This document shows, piece after piece, positions 48,144-57,734 of a stretch of DNA of 64,000 bases; the stretch's first letter is position 1, and each line of letters starts with the position of its first letter. Where the stretch lies: IMG/VR virus record IMGVR_UViG_3300026292_000003, positions 62,001-126,000 of that record. One strand, given 5' to 3'. Made by a program: the position numbers and the translations under genes. The notes under the pieces are model-generated. The model was not told the origin of the DNA, ran no database searches, and worked only from the letters and a program-made list of their open reading frames with translations.

Positions 48144-49007
48144 ATGGCACAATTAAAAAGACAAAGGAAGAATAAAAAAGGCGAAACAATCGTTGAAGTA
48201 CTTCCTACTAAAGTAAAAGACAATCCAAACGAAACTGATGATCAAATCATAGAACGTATGAGAGAAAGGTTCTGCATACTTGATGATATGACACAGGCTT
48301 CAATAGATGGTGTTGTTAGGGGTATGGTAGTAACAGGCCCTCCAGGTGTTGGTAAATCATTTGGTGTTGAACAAGTTCTAGAAAAGAATTCATTGTTTGA
48401 TGTACTAGGTGGTAAAAAAGCAAAATTTGAAACTGTAAAGGGTGCTTCAAGTGCAATAGGTTTGTACAAAGTTCTTTACAATAATGCAGACAAGTCAAAT
48501 GTATTAGTACTTGATGATTGTGATACAGTACTATATGATGAAACTAGTTTGAACTTGTTAAAGGCGGCTTTGGATTCTAGTAAGAAAAGAAAGCTATGTT
48601 GGAATACAGATTCAGCCCTATTAAGACGTGAAGGTATACCTGATACATTTGAATTTAATGGTTCAGTTATATTCATCACTAACCTTAAGTTTGATAATGT
48701 TAGGGGTAAAATTAAAGATCACCTTGATGCTATAATGTCAAGATGTCATTACTTAGATCTTACTATGGATACAACTAGGGAGAAAGTTCTTAGATGTAAG
48801 CAAATAGTTAAAGACGGTATGCTTAACGAGTATATGTTTAGCGAAGCTGAAAAAGATGATGTAATGAATTTCATGATCGATAACAAAGATAAGATGAGAG
48901 AAATAAGTTTGAGAATGGTTACCAAACTTGCAGATCTTAAAAAGTCTATGGGTGACAAGTGGAAAAGAACCGCTGAAGTCACTTGTATGAGGCGAACTGT
49001 TTCTTAA
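48144..49007 (+). CDS. AAA-type P-loop ATPase
   Basis: GPPGVGKS, VLVLDDCD, IFITN, A..SR. Confidence 0.88.
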   Translation: MAQLKRQRKNKKGETIVEVLPTKVKDNPNETDDQIIERMRERFCILDDMTQASIDGVVRGMVVTGPPGVGKSFGVEQVLEKNSLFDVLGGKKAKFETVKGASSAIGLYKVLYNNADKSNVLVLDDCDTVLYDETSLNLLKAALDSSKKRKLCWNTDSALLRREGIPDTFEFNGSVIFITNLKFDNVRGKIKDHLDAIMSRCHYLDLTMDTTREKVLRCKQIVKDGMLNEYMFSEAEKDDVMNFMIDNKDKMREISLRMVTKLADLKKSMGDKWKRTAEVTCMRRTVS

Positions 49008-49025
49008 AACAGTTTTCTAACTATA

Positions 49026-49050
49026 GAAGAGGGGTGAAATTCCCCTCTTC
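49026..49050 (+). terminator. Terminator-like hairpin
   Basis: GAAGAGGGG-loop-CCCCTCTTC. Confidence 0.65.
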
Positions 49051-49073
49051 GACTTTCATAAAGGAATTGGATA

Positions 49074-49511
49074 TTGGATGTATTTGCAGACCTTTTTAAA
49101 ATTACAAATAATGCAGAAGTTACAAAAAAAGTTTGTACAAAGTGTAATAAAAATTTACCAATAACAAATTTTAGTAAAAGCTCTGGAGCAAATTTTCTAA
49201 GACCAGAGTGTAGAGCTTGTAATAATAAATTATCTAAAATAAGAAAACAATTAAATCAAACATATGGTAAACCACCGCAAGGCTATACTTGTCCTATATG
49301 TCAACGAGAAGCAAAAGAAGTAATAAACAAAGGTGGTAAGTCAGGTGCTTGGGTTGTAGATCATTGTCATACTACTGATAAATTTAGAGGTTGGTTATGT
49401 CATTCATGTAACCGACTCCTTGGTATATGCAATGATGATATTTCTAATTTGAAAAGAGCAATTAAATATTTAAAAAAATCGCAACTTTCATTGACAATTC
49501 AAGATAAGTAA
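49074..49511 (+). CDS. Endonuclease VII-family nuclease with N-terminal Zn finger
   Basis: CTKC..CRAC; CPIC...VDHCH....RGWLCHSCN.LLG. Confidence 0.88.
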   Translation: MDVFADLFKITNNAEVTKKVCTKCNKNLPITNFSKSSGANFLRPECRACNNKLSKIRKQLNQTYGKPPQGYTCPICQREAKEVINKGGKSGAWVVDHCHTTDKFRGWLCHSCNRLLGICNDDISNLKRAIKYLKKSQLSLTIQDK

Positions 49512-49519
49512 TGTAATAT
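49491..49519 (+). promoter_or_regulatory. Sigma70-like promoter for uvsW, leaderless geometry
   Basis: TTGACA-N17-TAATAT; ATG begins at the 7th nt after the -10 box. Confidence 0.75.
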
Positions 49520-49525
49520 ATAGTT

Positions 49526-50977
49526 ATGAAATGTAAGATAACTCTGAAAGATGAAGTGAATTGCAAAGTAGAAGGCTTAGATATAGACACACGTAGAAAG
49601 TGTGAAAAAGAATTAAAGTTTTTTCTTCCTTATGCATATCACGTACCAGCATTTAAGCTAGGTAGATGGGATGGATGTACGTCTTATTTCACTATAGGTG
49701 GAATTACGTATACTAACCTATTAGATAAAGTATTGCCTATTATTATGGGCCAGGGTTATGAGATAGATCTAAATGATTTACGTTTTAAATATGACTTTCA
49801 ATTTGATCCTGTAGACGAAACTTCATATCAACATAAAGTATGGCCAAAAGGTCACGTTGTAGAAGGCGAACCCGTAACCTTAAGAGATTATCAAGTAGAA
49901 ATTATTAACAAATATCTAGCAACACCACATTGTTTACAAGAAATTGCAACAGGTGCAGGTAAAACTCTTATAACTGCGGCATTAAGCAACAAAGTAGAAA
50001 AGTATGGAAGGAGCATTGTTATTGTACCTAATAAAGATTTAGTTACACAGACATATGCTGATTATGCAAACCTCGGACTAGACGTTGGCGTATATTACGG
50101 CGACAAGAAAGAATTAGGACACACCCACACTATTTGTACTTGGCAGAGTTTAAACAGTATAAGAAAACGATTTAAAGAAGGTGAAAGTGATTTAAGTTTA
50201 GTAGATTTTGCAGATGGTGTAGTTTGTGTAATAGTTGACGAAGTACACCAAGCAAAGGCAGAAGTATTAAAAGAATTATTAACAAAAGATTTTTCAAACA
50301 TTCCATTAAGATGGGGACTAACAGGTACTATACCAAAAGCTGATCATGAGAAGGTTAGTTTACAGGCTTGTTTAGGAGAAGTAACACACAAACTGGCGGC
50401 TAGTGAATTACAAGAAAAAGATGTTCTTAGTCAATGCCACGTTAACGTTGTGCAATTAAAAGAGGTAGCAGAGTATAATAACTATCAGAGTGAATTAACT
50501 TATTTAACTACTAATGCTTCACGTATGAAGTATATAAGTGGGTTAATTAAAAAAGTATCAGCATCTGGTAATACTCTTGTGCTAGTAGATAGAATTAAAG
50601 CTGGGCAATTAATATGCGACAATATAGCTGAAGCTAACTTTGTTAGTGGAGAGATGAAAACTACTACACGTAAAGATCATTATGATGACATTAATGAAGG
50701 AACTAATCAAATTGTTGTAGCAACATATGGTGTTGCGGCAGTAGGTATTAATATTCCACGTATATTTAATCTTGTTTTAATAGAACCAGGAAAGAGCTTT
50801 GTTAGAGTTATACAAAGTATTGGACGTGGTATTAGAAAAGCAGAAGATAAAGATAATGTGCAGATATGGGATATTACAAGTTCAGCTAAATTTAGTAAAA
50901 GACATCTTACAGAACGTAAGAAATTTTACAAAGAAGCAAATTATCCATTTACTATTGAAAAAGTAAATTGGCTTTAA
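49526..50977 (+). CDS. uvsW: SF2 helicase UvsW
   Basis: WDG, LRDYQ, ATGAGKT, VDEVH, GLTGT, QSIGRGIR. Confidence 0.93.
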   Translation: MKCKITLKDEVNCKVEGLDIDTRRKCEKELKFFLPYAYHVPAFKLGRWDGCTSYFTIGGITYTNLLDKVLPIIMGQGYEIDLNDLRFKYDFQFDPVDETSYQHKVWPKGHVVEGEPVTLRDYQVEIINKYLATPHCLQEIATGAGKTLITAALSNKVEKYGRSIVIVPNKDLVTQTYADYANLGLDVGVYYGDKKELGHTHTICTWQSLNSIRKRFKEGESDLSLVDFADGVVCVIVDEVHQAKAEVLKELLTKDFSNIPLRWGLTGTIPKADHEKVSLQACLGEVTHKLAASELQEKDVLSQCHVNVVQLKEVAEYNNYQSELTYLTTNASRMKYISGLIKKVSASGNTLVLVDRIKAGQLICDNIAEANFVSGEMKTTTRKDHYDDINEGTNQIVVATYGVAAVGINIPRIFNLVLIEPGKSFVRVIQSIGRGIRKAEDKDNVQIWDITSSAKFSKRHLTERKKFYKEANYPFTIEKVNWL

Positions 50978-50986
50978 GGAATAAAA

Positions 50987-51487
50987 ATGAAAATATTAAC
51001 AGTAGACAACAAGACGTATGAACTAGATGACATACCAGATACAATAGAAGACTTAAGATACAGTATTTTAGATTATAGTAATCCTAGTCATATAGATTAT
51101 TATTTTATACCACTAGTATTTTTAGAAAGTTTTTATGCACCTGCCGCAGTATTAAAAATTGGTGAACATAGTATTACAATGCCACTTGATTGGAGTGTAG
51201 TAATTTGTGACCCGGCTGTAGGAGATCCAGAAGTAGTAAGTTTAATGAGTTTAAATGATAGAGGATTTAGTGTATTTGCATTTAATCCTATTACAGGATA
51301 TACACCAAAGTTTATGGATATTCAAATTACCAACATTTATACTGATGTAAAATGGTATGCACCTAAATTAAAATTTGGACATTTATTAAATGTTCCATTA
51401 AACGATAAAGATAATGCACCTTGTGTATTGTTTGTTAAAGAAGCTAACAAACTTCCTGAGGTACTTGACATAAGTGAACTTTGGTAG
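50987..51487 (+). CDS. Hypothetical protein
   Basis: AAGGA RBS; follows uvsW. Confidence 0.65.
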   Translation: MKILTVDNKTYELDDIPDTIEDLRYSILDYSNPSHIDYYFIPLVFLESFYAPAAVLKIGEHSITMPLDWSVVICDPAVGDPEVVSLMSLNDRGFSVFAFNPITGYTPKFMDIQITNIYTDVKWYAPKLKFGHLLNVPLNDKDNAPCVLFVKEANKLPEVLDISELW

Positions 51488-51491
51488 TATT

Positions 51492-51683
51492 ATGAAGAAA
51501 CAAGAAGAAGATCCATTTAAACCAAAAGATACTTGCAGTATATGTAGTAGTGAATATGACGAAGATGCAGGTGGAGTACAAGGCTACTTTGGTATATTAC
51601 CAGTTACATTTTGTGAATGGTGTTACAGTAGTATATACGATATGGTATCACAAGATATAAAGGCTAATGATATAGATGAGTAA
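51492..51683 (+). CDS. Small Zn-ribbon protein
   Basis: CSIC...CEWC. Confidence 0.55.
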   Translation: MKKQEEDPFKPKDTCSICSSEYDEDAGGVQGYFGILPVTFCEWCYSSIYDMVSQDIKANDIDE

Positions 51684-52131
51684 GTTAGATATTAAAAGCG
51701 AAATGAGAGCTATTGATACTAAAGATAGGAAATGGTATAATAGTCTTACTGATGAAGAAAAAAGTAAATTAAGTCTTTGGCCATTAATGAGATATACAAG
51801 TAGTGCAGGTGATAGAAACTTTACAGAGCATTATTTAGAATGGACTAACGAAGTAGTTAATGTTCATTTTAACAAGTTAAGAAATCATCCAGAGCTACAG
51901 TTTAAGCTATTACAATTAGTAGGGCTTGGAAAGCCTACATATCACCCTTGGATAGCACCAGGTAAACGAGGCAAGAAAAACAAAGTACAAGAATGGGTAG
52001 TTAAAAACTACAGTCATTTAAATGATGACGAAGTTGATATTTTTATAAGCACAAAAACTAAAGAAGATTTTATTGAACTATTTGAGGAATACGGAATGAC
52101 TAAAAAAGAAATAAAAGATTTATTAAAATGA
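51676..52131 (+). CDS. Possible clamp-loader small subunit (gp62-like)
   Basis: MRY.S...NE.VN...HPELQF.LL...HPWI pattern loosely resembles gp62; replication context. Confidence 0.45.
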   Translation: MSKLDIKSEMRAIDTKDRKWYNSLTDEEKSKLSLWPLMRYTSSAGDRNFTEHYLEWTNEVVNVHFNKLRNHPELQFKLLQLVGLGKPTYHPWIAPGKRGKKNKVQEWVVKNYSHLNDDEVDIFISTKTKEDFIELFEEYGMTKKEIKDLLK

Positions 52132-52454
52132 AGTATAATATAATGGACATTGGCGGAGAAGTTATTAAAGATAATGAAACTTATACATTAAAAGATAACA
52201 AGGCATTAAAAAATTTAGTATTAAGCAGTACACAATTACACCCATATCAAACAACACGTGGGCATAACCATAGTGGGCAAGAAGAAGTATATTACTTTGT
52301 TAAAGGGTCAGGTACTATGTGGCTAGATGAAAAAGAAATGTTTGTAAAAGAAGGTGATGTTGTATTAATAGAAGATGGAGTATTTCATAAAGTTAAATGT
52401 GGACCACATGGTTTATACTTTGTATGTGTCTTTGATGGGAAGAGAAATCATTAA
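52128..52454 (+). CDS. Cupin-domain protein
   Basis: GHNH..QEEVYYFVKGSG; GDVVLI.DGVFH. Confidence 0.88.
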   Translation: MKYNIMDIGGEVIKDNETYTLKDNKALKNLVLSSTQLHPYQTTRGHNHSGQEEVYYFVKGSGTMWLDEKEMFVKEGDVVLIEDGVFHKVKCGPHGLYFVCVFDGKRNH

Positions 52455-53125
52455 TGTTTAAGTGTAACTATTGTAAAAAGTCATTTGCAAAAGAAAGTAC
52501 ACTAGCAGTACATATGTGTGAGCAAAAACGTAGGTTCTTGCAAAAAGATGAGAAGCACGTGCAATTAGGATTTAGAGCTTATCAATTATTTTATAGGATA
52601 GGTACTAATTCTAAAAATGAAAAGACATATGATGAATTTGCAACAAGTCCTTATTATATTGCGTTTGTAAAATTTGGATATTATTGTAGAGATATTGGAG
52701 TAGATGATGTACCAGCATTTACAGAATGGTTAGTTAGAAATCAAGTGAGACTAGATCATTGGAGTAGAGATGCACAATTTAAAAAGTGGATGAAAGAACG
52801 TTTAAAAACTGAAAGTGTTGACAGAGGTGTAGAACGTACTATATTATTTTTACAAGAATGGGCAAAAGAAAACAGTACAACATACAACAAATACTTTACT
52901 GAAGTATCTACAAATTTAGCAGTATTTCATATTTGTAGTGGAAAAATATCTCCTTGGGTATTATTTCATAGCAATGAAGCACAAACTATGATAGATAATT
53001 TTAATACAGAACAGTTAAAAATGGTTAATGAATTTTTAGAAATAGATTACTGGCAAAGAGCCATGAGTGTAAACCCACAAGATAGTAGATGGGTTACAGA
53101 AATATTACAAAAGGCAGAACTTTGA
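52454..53125 (+). CDS. Hypothetical protein with N-terminal zinc finger
   Basis: FKCNYCKKSF.....L..H.C; GKISPW. Confidence 0.7.
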   Translation: MFKCNYCKKSFAKESTLAVHMCEQKRRFLQKDEKHVQLGFRAYQLFYRIGTNSKNEKTYDEFATSPYYIAFVKFGYYCRDIGVDDVPAFTEWLVRNQVRLDHWSRDAQFKKWMKERLKTESVDRGVERTILFLQEWAKENSTTYNKYFTEVSTNLAVFHICSGKISPWVLFHSNEAQTMIDNFNTEQLKMVNEFLEIDYWQRAMSVNPQDSRWVTEILQKAEL

Positions 53126-53214
53126 TAACAGCCATACTTTTTACGTTATGTTGTTTTATAATTCCTGTTTTATTGTTATATAAAATGAATAAAGAGGACC
53201 CAAATGATCGTTAA
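53122..53214 (+). CDS. Putative 30-aa single-TM peptide
   Basis: TTGA overlap with upstream stop; (M)ITAILFTLCCFIIPVLLLYKMNKEDPNDR. Confidence 0.4.
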   Translation: MITAILFTLCCFIIPVLLLYKMNKEDPNDR

Positions 53215-53788
53215 TACAGATATTGATATTGATGTAGCAGATAGAGATAAACTTTTAAAATTAATTAAAGGTACTACTGCTATGATATTAAGAGATAATA
53301 AGCAAACAAAACATAATACAGGTGTGTACTTTCACGAGATGCCTAGCAATCCATTTACAGGATTATCTAGTGTAGACTACAAAGAAGCAGAAGATATGGG
53401 CTACTTTAAAATTGATGTATTAAACGTGGGTTTATATAAAGATATAAAATCAAAAGAACATTTACATGAGTTATTAGCAATGGAACCAATGTGGGAATTG
53501 TTAGAACATAAAGAGGTAGTAGAAAAATGTTTTCATATACACAAACACTTTGATATAGTCAAAACTTTAAAACCAAAAAGTGTAGAACAGTTAGCGGCAG
53601 TATTAGCAATAATAAGACCTGCAAAACGTCATTTGTTAAAGCAAAATTGGAATGAGATAAATGCGAATGTGTGGAAGAGGCCAAAGGGTGATGAATACTT
53701 TTTTAAAAAAGCTCATGCTCATGCATATGCATTAGCTATTGTTCTGCAATTAAATATGATGGCTACGGGCCTTTCTTTACAAGATTAA
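53204..53788 (+). CDS. Minimal DNA polymerase III alpha (family C)-like protein
   Basis: DIDID, HNTGV, GYFKIDVL, KPKS.EQLAAVLAIIRP and YFFKKAHAHAYA match DnaE motifs (PDxDxD, HAxG, GLxKxDxLG, LxRPG, YxFNKSHxxxY) in order. Confidence 0.8.
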   Translation: MIVNTDIDIDVADRDKLLKLIKGTTAMILRDNKQTKHNTGVYFHEMPSNPFTGLSSVDYKEAEDMGYFKIDVLNVGLYKDIKSKEHLHELLAMEPMWELLEHKEVVEKCFHIHKHFDIVKTLKPKSVEQLAAVLAIIRPAKRHLLKQNWNEINANVWKRPKGDEYFFKKAHAHAYALAIVLQLNMMATGLSLQD

Positions 53789-54134
53789 TACTTCTACGTT
53801 TAATTCTTTTTGTAATACTATTACTTAATCTAACTTCTGGCCCTGCTATTACTTCCATTTGTTTTACATTAAAACTTTGAACACAATGACCAAAGTTCCA
53901 TCTATTAAGTAATGCTATGTTTATTGGAAGTTTCCGGTTAGTTTCCCACCACCATTCTTCGCCCAATTCTAAAAATTTCATTTTTTCATTCTCATCCCAT
54001 AAGCGATCGTAGATGTACATACTAGCTACGTGGCTATCGATGTTCTGCATAATACCCAAATACTCGTTGCCTGCGTATTCAATAACGGTTAGAAATGGAT
54101 ATTGCTCTAAGAGTTTCTGGTGTTTGGTTTGCAT
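53763..54134 (-). CDS. Hypothetical protein
   Basis: 123-aa ORF (YPFL...EYLGI.QN...WWWETNR.LPIN); minus-strand CTAAATA upstream. Confidence 0.65.
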   Translation of the reverse strand: MQTKHQKLLEQYPFLTVIEYAGNEYLGIMQNIDSHVASMYIYDRLWDENEKMKFLELGEEWWWETNRKLPINIALLNRWNFGHCVQSFNVKQMEVIAGPEVRLSNSITKRIKRRSINLVKKGP

Positions 54135-54195
54135 TCTATAGGTATTTAGCCTTTTGAAATCTCCACTTTGGATAAATACTACATAGGAGTAATAT

Positions 54196-55029
54196 ATGTC
54201 AAATTATGGAACTACATATCAAGTTAATCAACAAGGCGATCTTTATACATTAGAAGATCACGGAACACCAGCAGGACAAGCAAAATACGCAGGTGCAAAA
54301 GGTACCGCAGTTAATAGTCCTATGAACTATAGGTTCTTAAAACTGTTTCGTGGGTTTGATAATGAGTTTTTCTTCTTTGTAAAGAATCAAGATAGAAAAC
54401 CAATAATGTTACAAGGTACTACAGTATATTGTTCTTTTATTGATAGAGATGATAGAGCAACCACAGTAAGTAAAAAAGCAATAATTACAGATTATGTACA
54501 AGGTGGGATTAAAGTAGTAGTAACAGTTGGTGAAAGTGGAAGATTTAGACAAGGTCATTATGATTTAGTGTTTAGTTATACTACTGACACAGGTTTAACA
54601 GTTCCATTATATTGTGATCTAAATATGAGACCTAACTTTACTGTTGATGTAAGTGAAGAAGGTGACGCATTACCACTTACTACACAAATTGATAGTAACT
54701 TCCAACAACAAACAACCAATAATACAACATATTATTATAGTAGCCAATTAAAAGCAACAGGATACTATGACAAACCAAATGGGTTAGTAACAATAGGAGT
54801 ATATGGTACAGGTTACACTGGTAACTTTTATATTCAAGGCGCATTAAGTGATAACCCTACAGAAGGAGATTGGTTTGATATTACTCTTGGTACTCATACA
54901 GTAACATATTTTCCATACCAAAACCTTACCGGTATAGATCCTTGGACTTTTAGAACAAACGTTAAATATCTAAGAGCAAAATTCACACAACCTGCAGGAA
55001 CACTTGACAAAGTCGTAATTAGAGTGTAA
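54196..55029 (+). CDS. Late structural protein (BppU/baseplate-like beta domains)
   Basis: Late promoter GATAAATAC 54171, AGGAG RBS; FF.VKNQDRKP, G.Y.L.F pattern. Confidence 0.55.
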   Translation: MSNYGTTYQVNQQGDLYTLEDHGTPAGQAKYAGAKGTAVNSPMNYRFLKLFRGFDNEFFFFVKNQDRKPIMLQGTTVYCSFIDRDDRATTVSKKAIITDYVQGGIKVVVTVGESGRFRQGHYDLVFSYTTDTGLTVPLYCDLNMRPNFTVDVSEEGDALPLTTQIDSNFQQQTTNNTTYYYSSQLKATGYYDKPNGLVTIGVYGTGYTGNFYIQGALSDNPTEGDWFDITLGTHTVTYFPYQNLTGIDPWTFRTNVKYLRAKFTQPAGTLDKVVIRV

Positions 55030-55032
55030 TAT
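55004..55032 (+). promoter_or_regulatory. Sigma70-like promoter for primase, leaderless geometry
   Basis: TTGACA-N17-TAATAT; ATG begins at the 7th nt after the -10 box. Confidence 0.75.
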
Positions 55033-55038
55033 ACACGT

Positions 55039-56049
55039 ATGACTCTGATGAATGACTACGTACGAACTCTGATACCTACTAACTGGCGAAGTAATCCAAA
55101 TGGGTGGGTTTCTGGTAATTGCCCTATGTGTGTACGAAACGGTGAAAGTAGACCAGATACAAAAGGAAGAGGCGGGTTTTATTTTGAAGAAGATCATTTT
55201 CAATATAATTGTTTTAATTGTAGTTACAAAACAGGTTGGACAATAAACAACAGAATAACAAACAAGCTAAAAAAATTGTTAATAGTATTAGGTGCTGATG
55301 AGAATGACATACACCGTATACAGTTAGAATTATTAAGAGAACAAGACGTTGCTACATTATTAATTAAAAAAGAAAAGCCAAAGAAGTTAAATATTGGTTG
55401 GGATAAAAAAGCATTACCAGAAGGTGCAAAGCCTTTTATGGAATTTAAAGATCCTGATCAAAATTGGATTGATGCAGTAGCATATTTAACTGGCAGAGGC
55501 TTTGATGTAACAGATGCTAGACTTATGTATAGTCCTAGTAAGCAGTTTGGTAGAATGAATAGAAGATTTATTATACCATTTACATATAAAAATGAAATAG
55601 TAGGTTATACTGCTAGATGGATTGGAACTCCACCTAAAGAAGTAGCAAAATATTATAATCAACAACCTAAAGCAGATTTTGTTTATGGACTTGATAGGCA
55701 AACAAATAATAGAGAAATGGTTATAGTTACAGAAGGTCAACTTGATGCTATAGTAACAGATGGTTGTGCTACAGGTAGAAATAATATAAATGATGAACAA
55801 GCAGAAATATTGAAAAGTTTAGAAAAAGAAATTATAGTTTTACCAGATCAAGACGAAGCTGGTAAAATGATGTGTAAGTCTGCTATAAGACATGGTTTCA
55901 GTGTATCCTTTCCAGAGTGGAAAGATTGTAAAGATGCAAGTGATGCCTTGACAAAATACGGAAGATTGTATACAATAAGAAGTATTATAAATAGTAGAGA
56001 AAAAAATCCAACAAAAATTGAACTATTAATGAGGAAGGTTTGCAAATGA
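55039..56049 (+). CDS. DnaG-type DNA primase (gp61-like)
   Basis: CPMC...RGG...CFNC Zn domain, IIPF, GYTAR, TOPRIM VTEGQLDA, PDQDEAG, KDASD. Confidence 0.93.
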   Translation: MTLMNDYVRTLIPTNWRSNPNGWVSGNCPMCVRNGESRPDTKGRGGFYFEEDHFQYNCFNCSYKTGWTINNRITNKLKKLLIVLGADENDIHRIQLELLREQDVATLLIKKEKPKKLNIGWDKKALPEGAKPFMEFKDPDQNWIDAVAYLTGRGFDVTDARLMYSPSKQFGRMNRRFIIPFTYKNEIVGYTARWIGTPPKEVAKYYNQQPKADFVYGLDRQTNNREMVIVTEGQLDAIVTDGCATGRNNINDEQAEILKSLEKEIIVLPDQDEAGKMMCKSAIRHGFSVSFPEWKDCKDASDALTKYGRLYTIRSIINSREKNPTKIELLMRKVCK

Positions 56050-57446
56050 ACGAAGGTAAAGAATATTCAGTAGATTTACAAAGATTATTTGTAGAATTTC
56101 TGTCTCAAGATCAAGATTTATTTGTTAGGGTAAATGCAATATTAGATCCACAGTTCTTTGACAGAGAGCTACGTAAAACTGTTGAATTTGTACAAAGTCA
56201 TGCAACACAATATCAAGCATTGCCTACACTAGATCAAATTAAAGCAAACACAAATTTAGAATTACAGCCATTAAAAGATGTAGATGATAGACATAAGAAG
56301 TGGTTTATAGATGAGTTTGAAATATTTTGTAGACACAAAGCATTGGAAAGTGCAATATTAAAAAGTGCTGATCTTTTAGAAAAGGGCGAGTATGGTCCTG
56401 TAGAGAGAATGGTGAAAGAAGCAGTACAATTAGGACTTGCAAAACATATGGGTACAGATTATTGGAAGAGTCCAGCAGAACGTATTGAACGTATAAGAAA
56501 TCAACGTGGTGGTATTAGTACAGGTTGGGCTGAAGTAGATAAAAAACTATATGGTGGATTTAATAGAGGTGAGTTAAACATATTTGCCGCACCTTCAGGT
56601 GGTGGTAAAAGTTTATTCTTACAGAATTTAGCATTAAATTGGGCTTTAGCAGGACAGAATGTAATATACATAAGTTTAGAATTAAGTGAAGAATTATGTA
56701 GTATGCGATTAGATAGTATGCTAACAGGAATGAATACTAGGGAAGTATTTAAAAATGCAGATGATGTAGATTTAAAAGTACGTATGCAAGGTAAAGATGC
56801 AGGTAAGTTACAAATTGTACAATTACCTAATGGTATTACAGTTAATACTATTACAAGTTTTATTAAAGAATATGAAGTAAAAAATAATATAAAAATTGAC
56901 GGAGTATGTGTTGACTATTTAGATTTAATGATGCCAGCACAGAGCAAGGTAAGTCCAAGTGATTTGTTTATTAAAGATAAATTTGTATCAGAAGAATTAC
57001 GTAATTTTGCAGTAGAAAACGATATATTACTAGCGACAGCTTCACAGTTAAATAGAAGTGCAGTAGAAGAAGTAGAATTTGATCACTCTCATATTGCAGG
57101 TGGTTTAAGTAAGATTCAGACAGCAGATAACGTTATTGGTATCTTTAGTAGCCAAGCAATGCGTGAAAGAGGCAGATATCAAATACAGTTTATGAAGACT
57201 AGAAGTAGTAGTGGAGTAGGGCAAAAAGTAGATCTAGCATTTGATATATCAGGGCTTCGTATTAGCGATTTATCAGAAGATGAGCAAGGATCTACAGTGA
57301 ATCAGCCTAGTGCTATGTTTGAAAAGATTAAAGCACAGAACAAAACAACCCATCAAGAGAAGAGCATAGCTGAAAATAGTGTAGTAGAGAACACTTTATC
57401 AGGGCACGACAAGCTTCGCAGTATGCTGAAAAGAAGTAATAATTAG
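56046..57446 (+). CDS. DnaB-like replicative helicase (gp41-like)
   Basis: APSGGGKS, ISLELSE, VDYLDL, TASQLNR, TAD, KTR. Confidence 0.95.
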   Translation: MNEGKEYSVDLQRLFVEFLSQDQDLFVRVNAILDPQFFDRELRKTVEFVQSHATQYQALPTLDQIKANTNLELQPLKDVDDRHKKWFIDEFEIFCRHKALESAILKSADLLEKGEYGPVERMVKEAVQLGLAKHMGTDYWKSPAERIERIRNQRGGISTGWAEVDKKLYGGFNRGELNIFAAPSGGGKSLFLQNLALNWALAGQNVIYISLELSEELCSMRLDSMLTGMNTREVFKNADDVDLKVRMQGKDAGKLQIVQLPNGITVNTITSFIKEYEVKNNIKIDGVCVDYLDLMMPAQSKVSPSDLFIKDKFVSEELRNFAVENDILLATASQLNRSAVEEVEFDHSHIAGGLSKIQTADNVIGIFSSQAMRERGRYQIQFMKTRSSSGVGQKVDLAFDISGLRISDLSEDEQGSTVNQPSAMFEKIKAQNKTTHQEKSIAENSVVENTLSGHDKLRSMLKRSNN

Positions 57447-57485
57447 ATAAATACAGTTATAGTAAATTATTACTGGAGATATATA

Positions 57486-57734
57486 ATGAAAAAACGCACT
57501 CGTAGCTTGTTAGAGGAAATTAATTCTTTAGCACCCAAAAAGGATAAGAATGCAATTCTAGAGAGTAGAGGTACTAATGCTATTAGTAGTATTATTAATA
57601 TTCTAGAAATGATCGATGCGAATTTTGATTCTGAAACAGCTCAAGATTTAAACAAAAGGATTATGTTAAGTATTAAAAATAGAGATCCTGAACGTTTTAA
57701 TAGAGGTATTAAGAAAATCAGGACATCAAGATGA
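57486..57734 (+). CDS. Hypothetical late protein
   Basis: Late promoter GATAAATAC 57446; GGAGA RBS. Confidence 0.65.
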   Translation: MKKRTRSLLEEINSLAPKKDKNAILESRGTNAISSIINILEMIDANFDSETAQDLNKRIMLSIKNRDPERFNRGIKKIRTSR

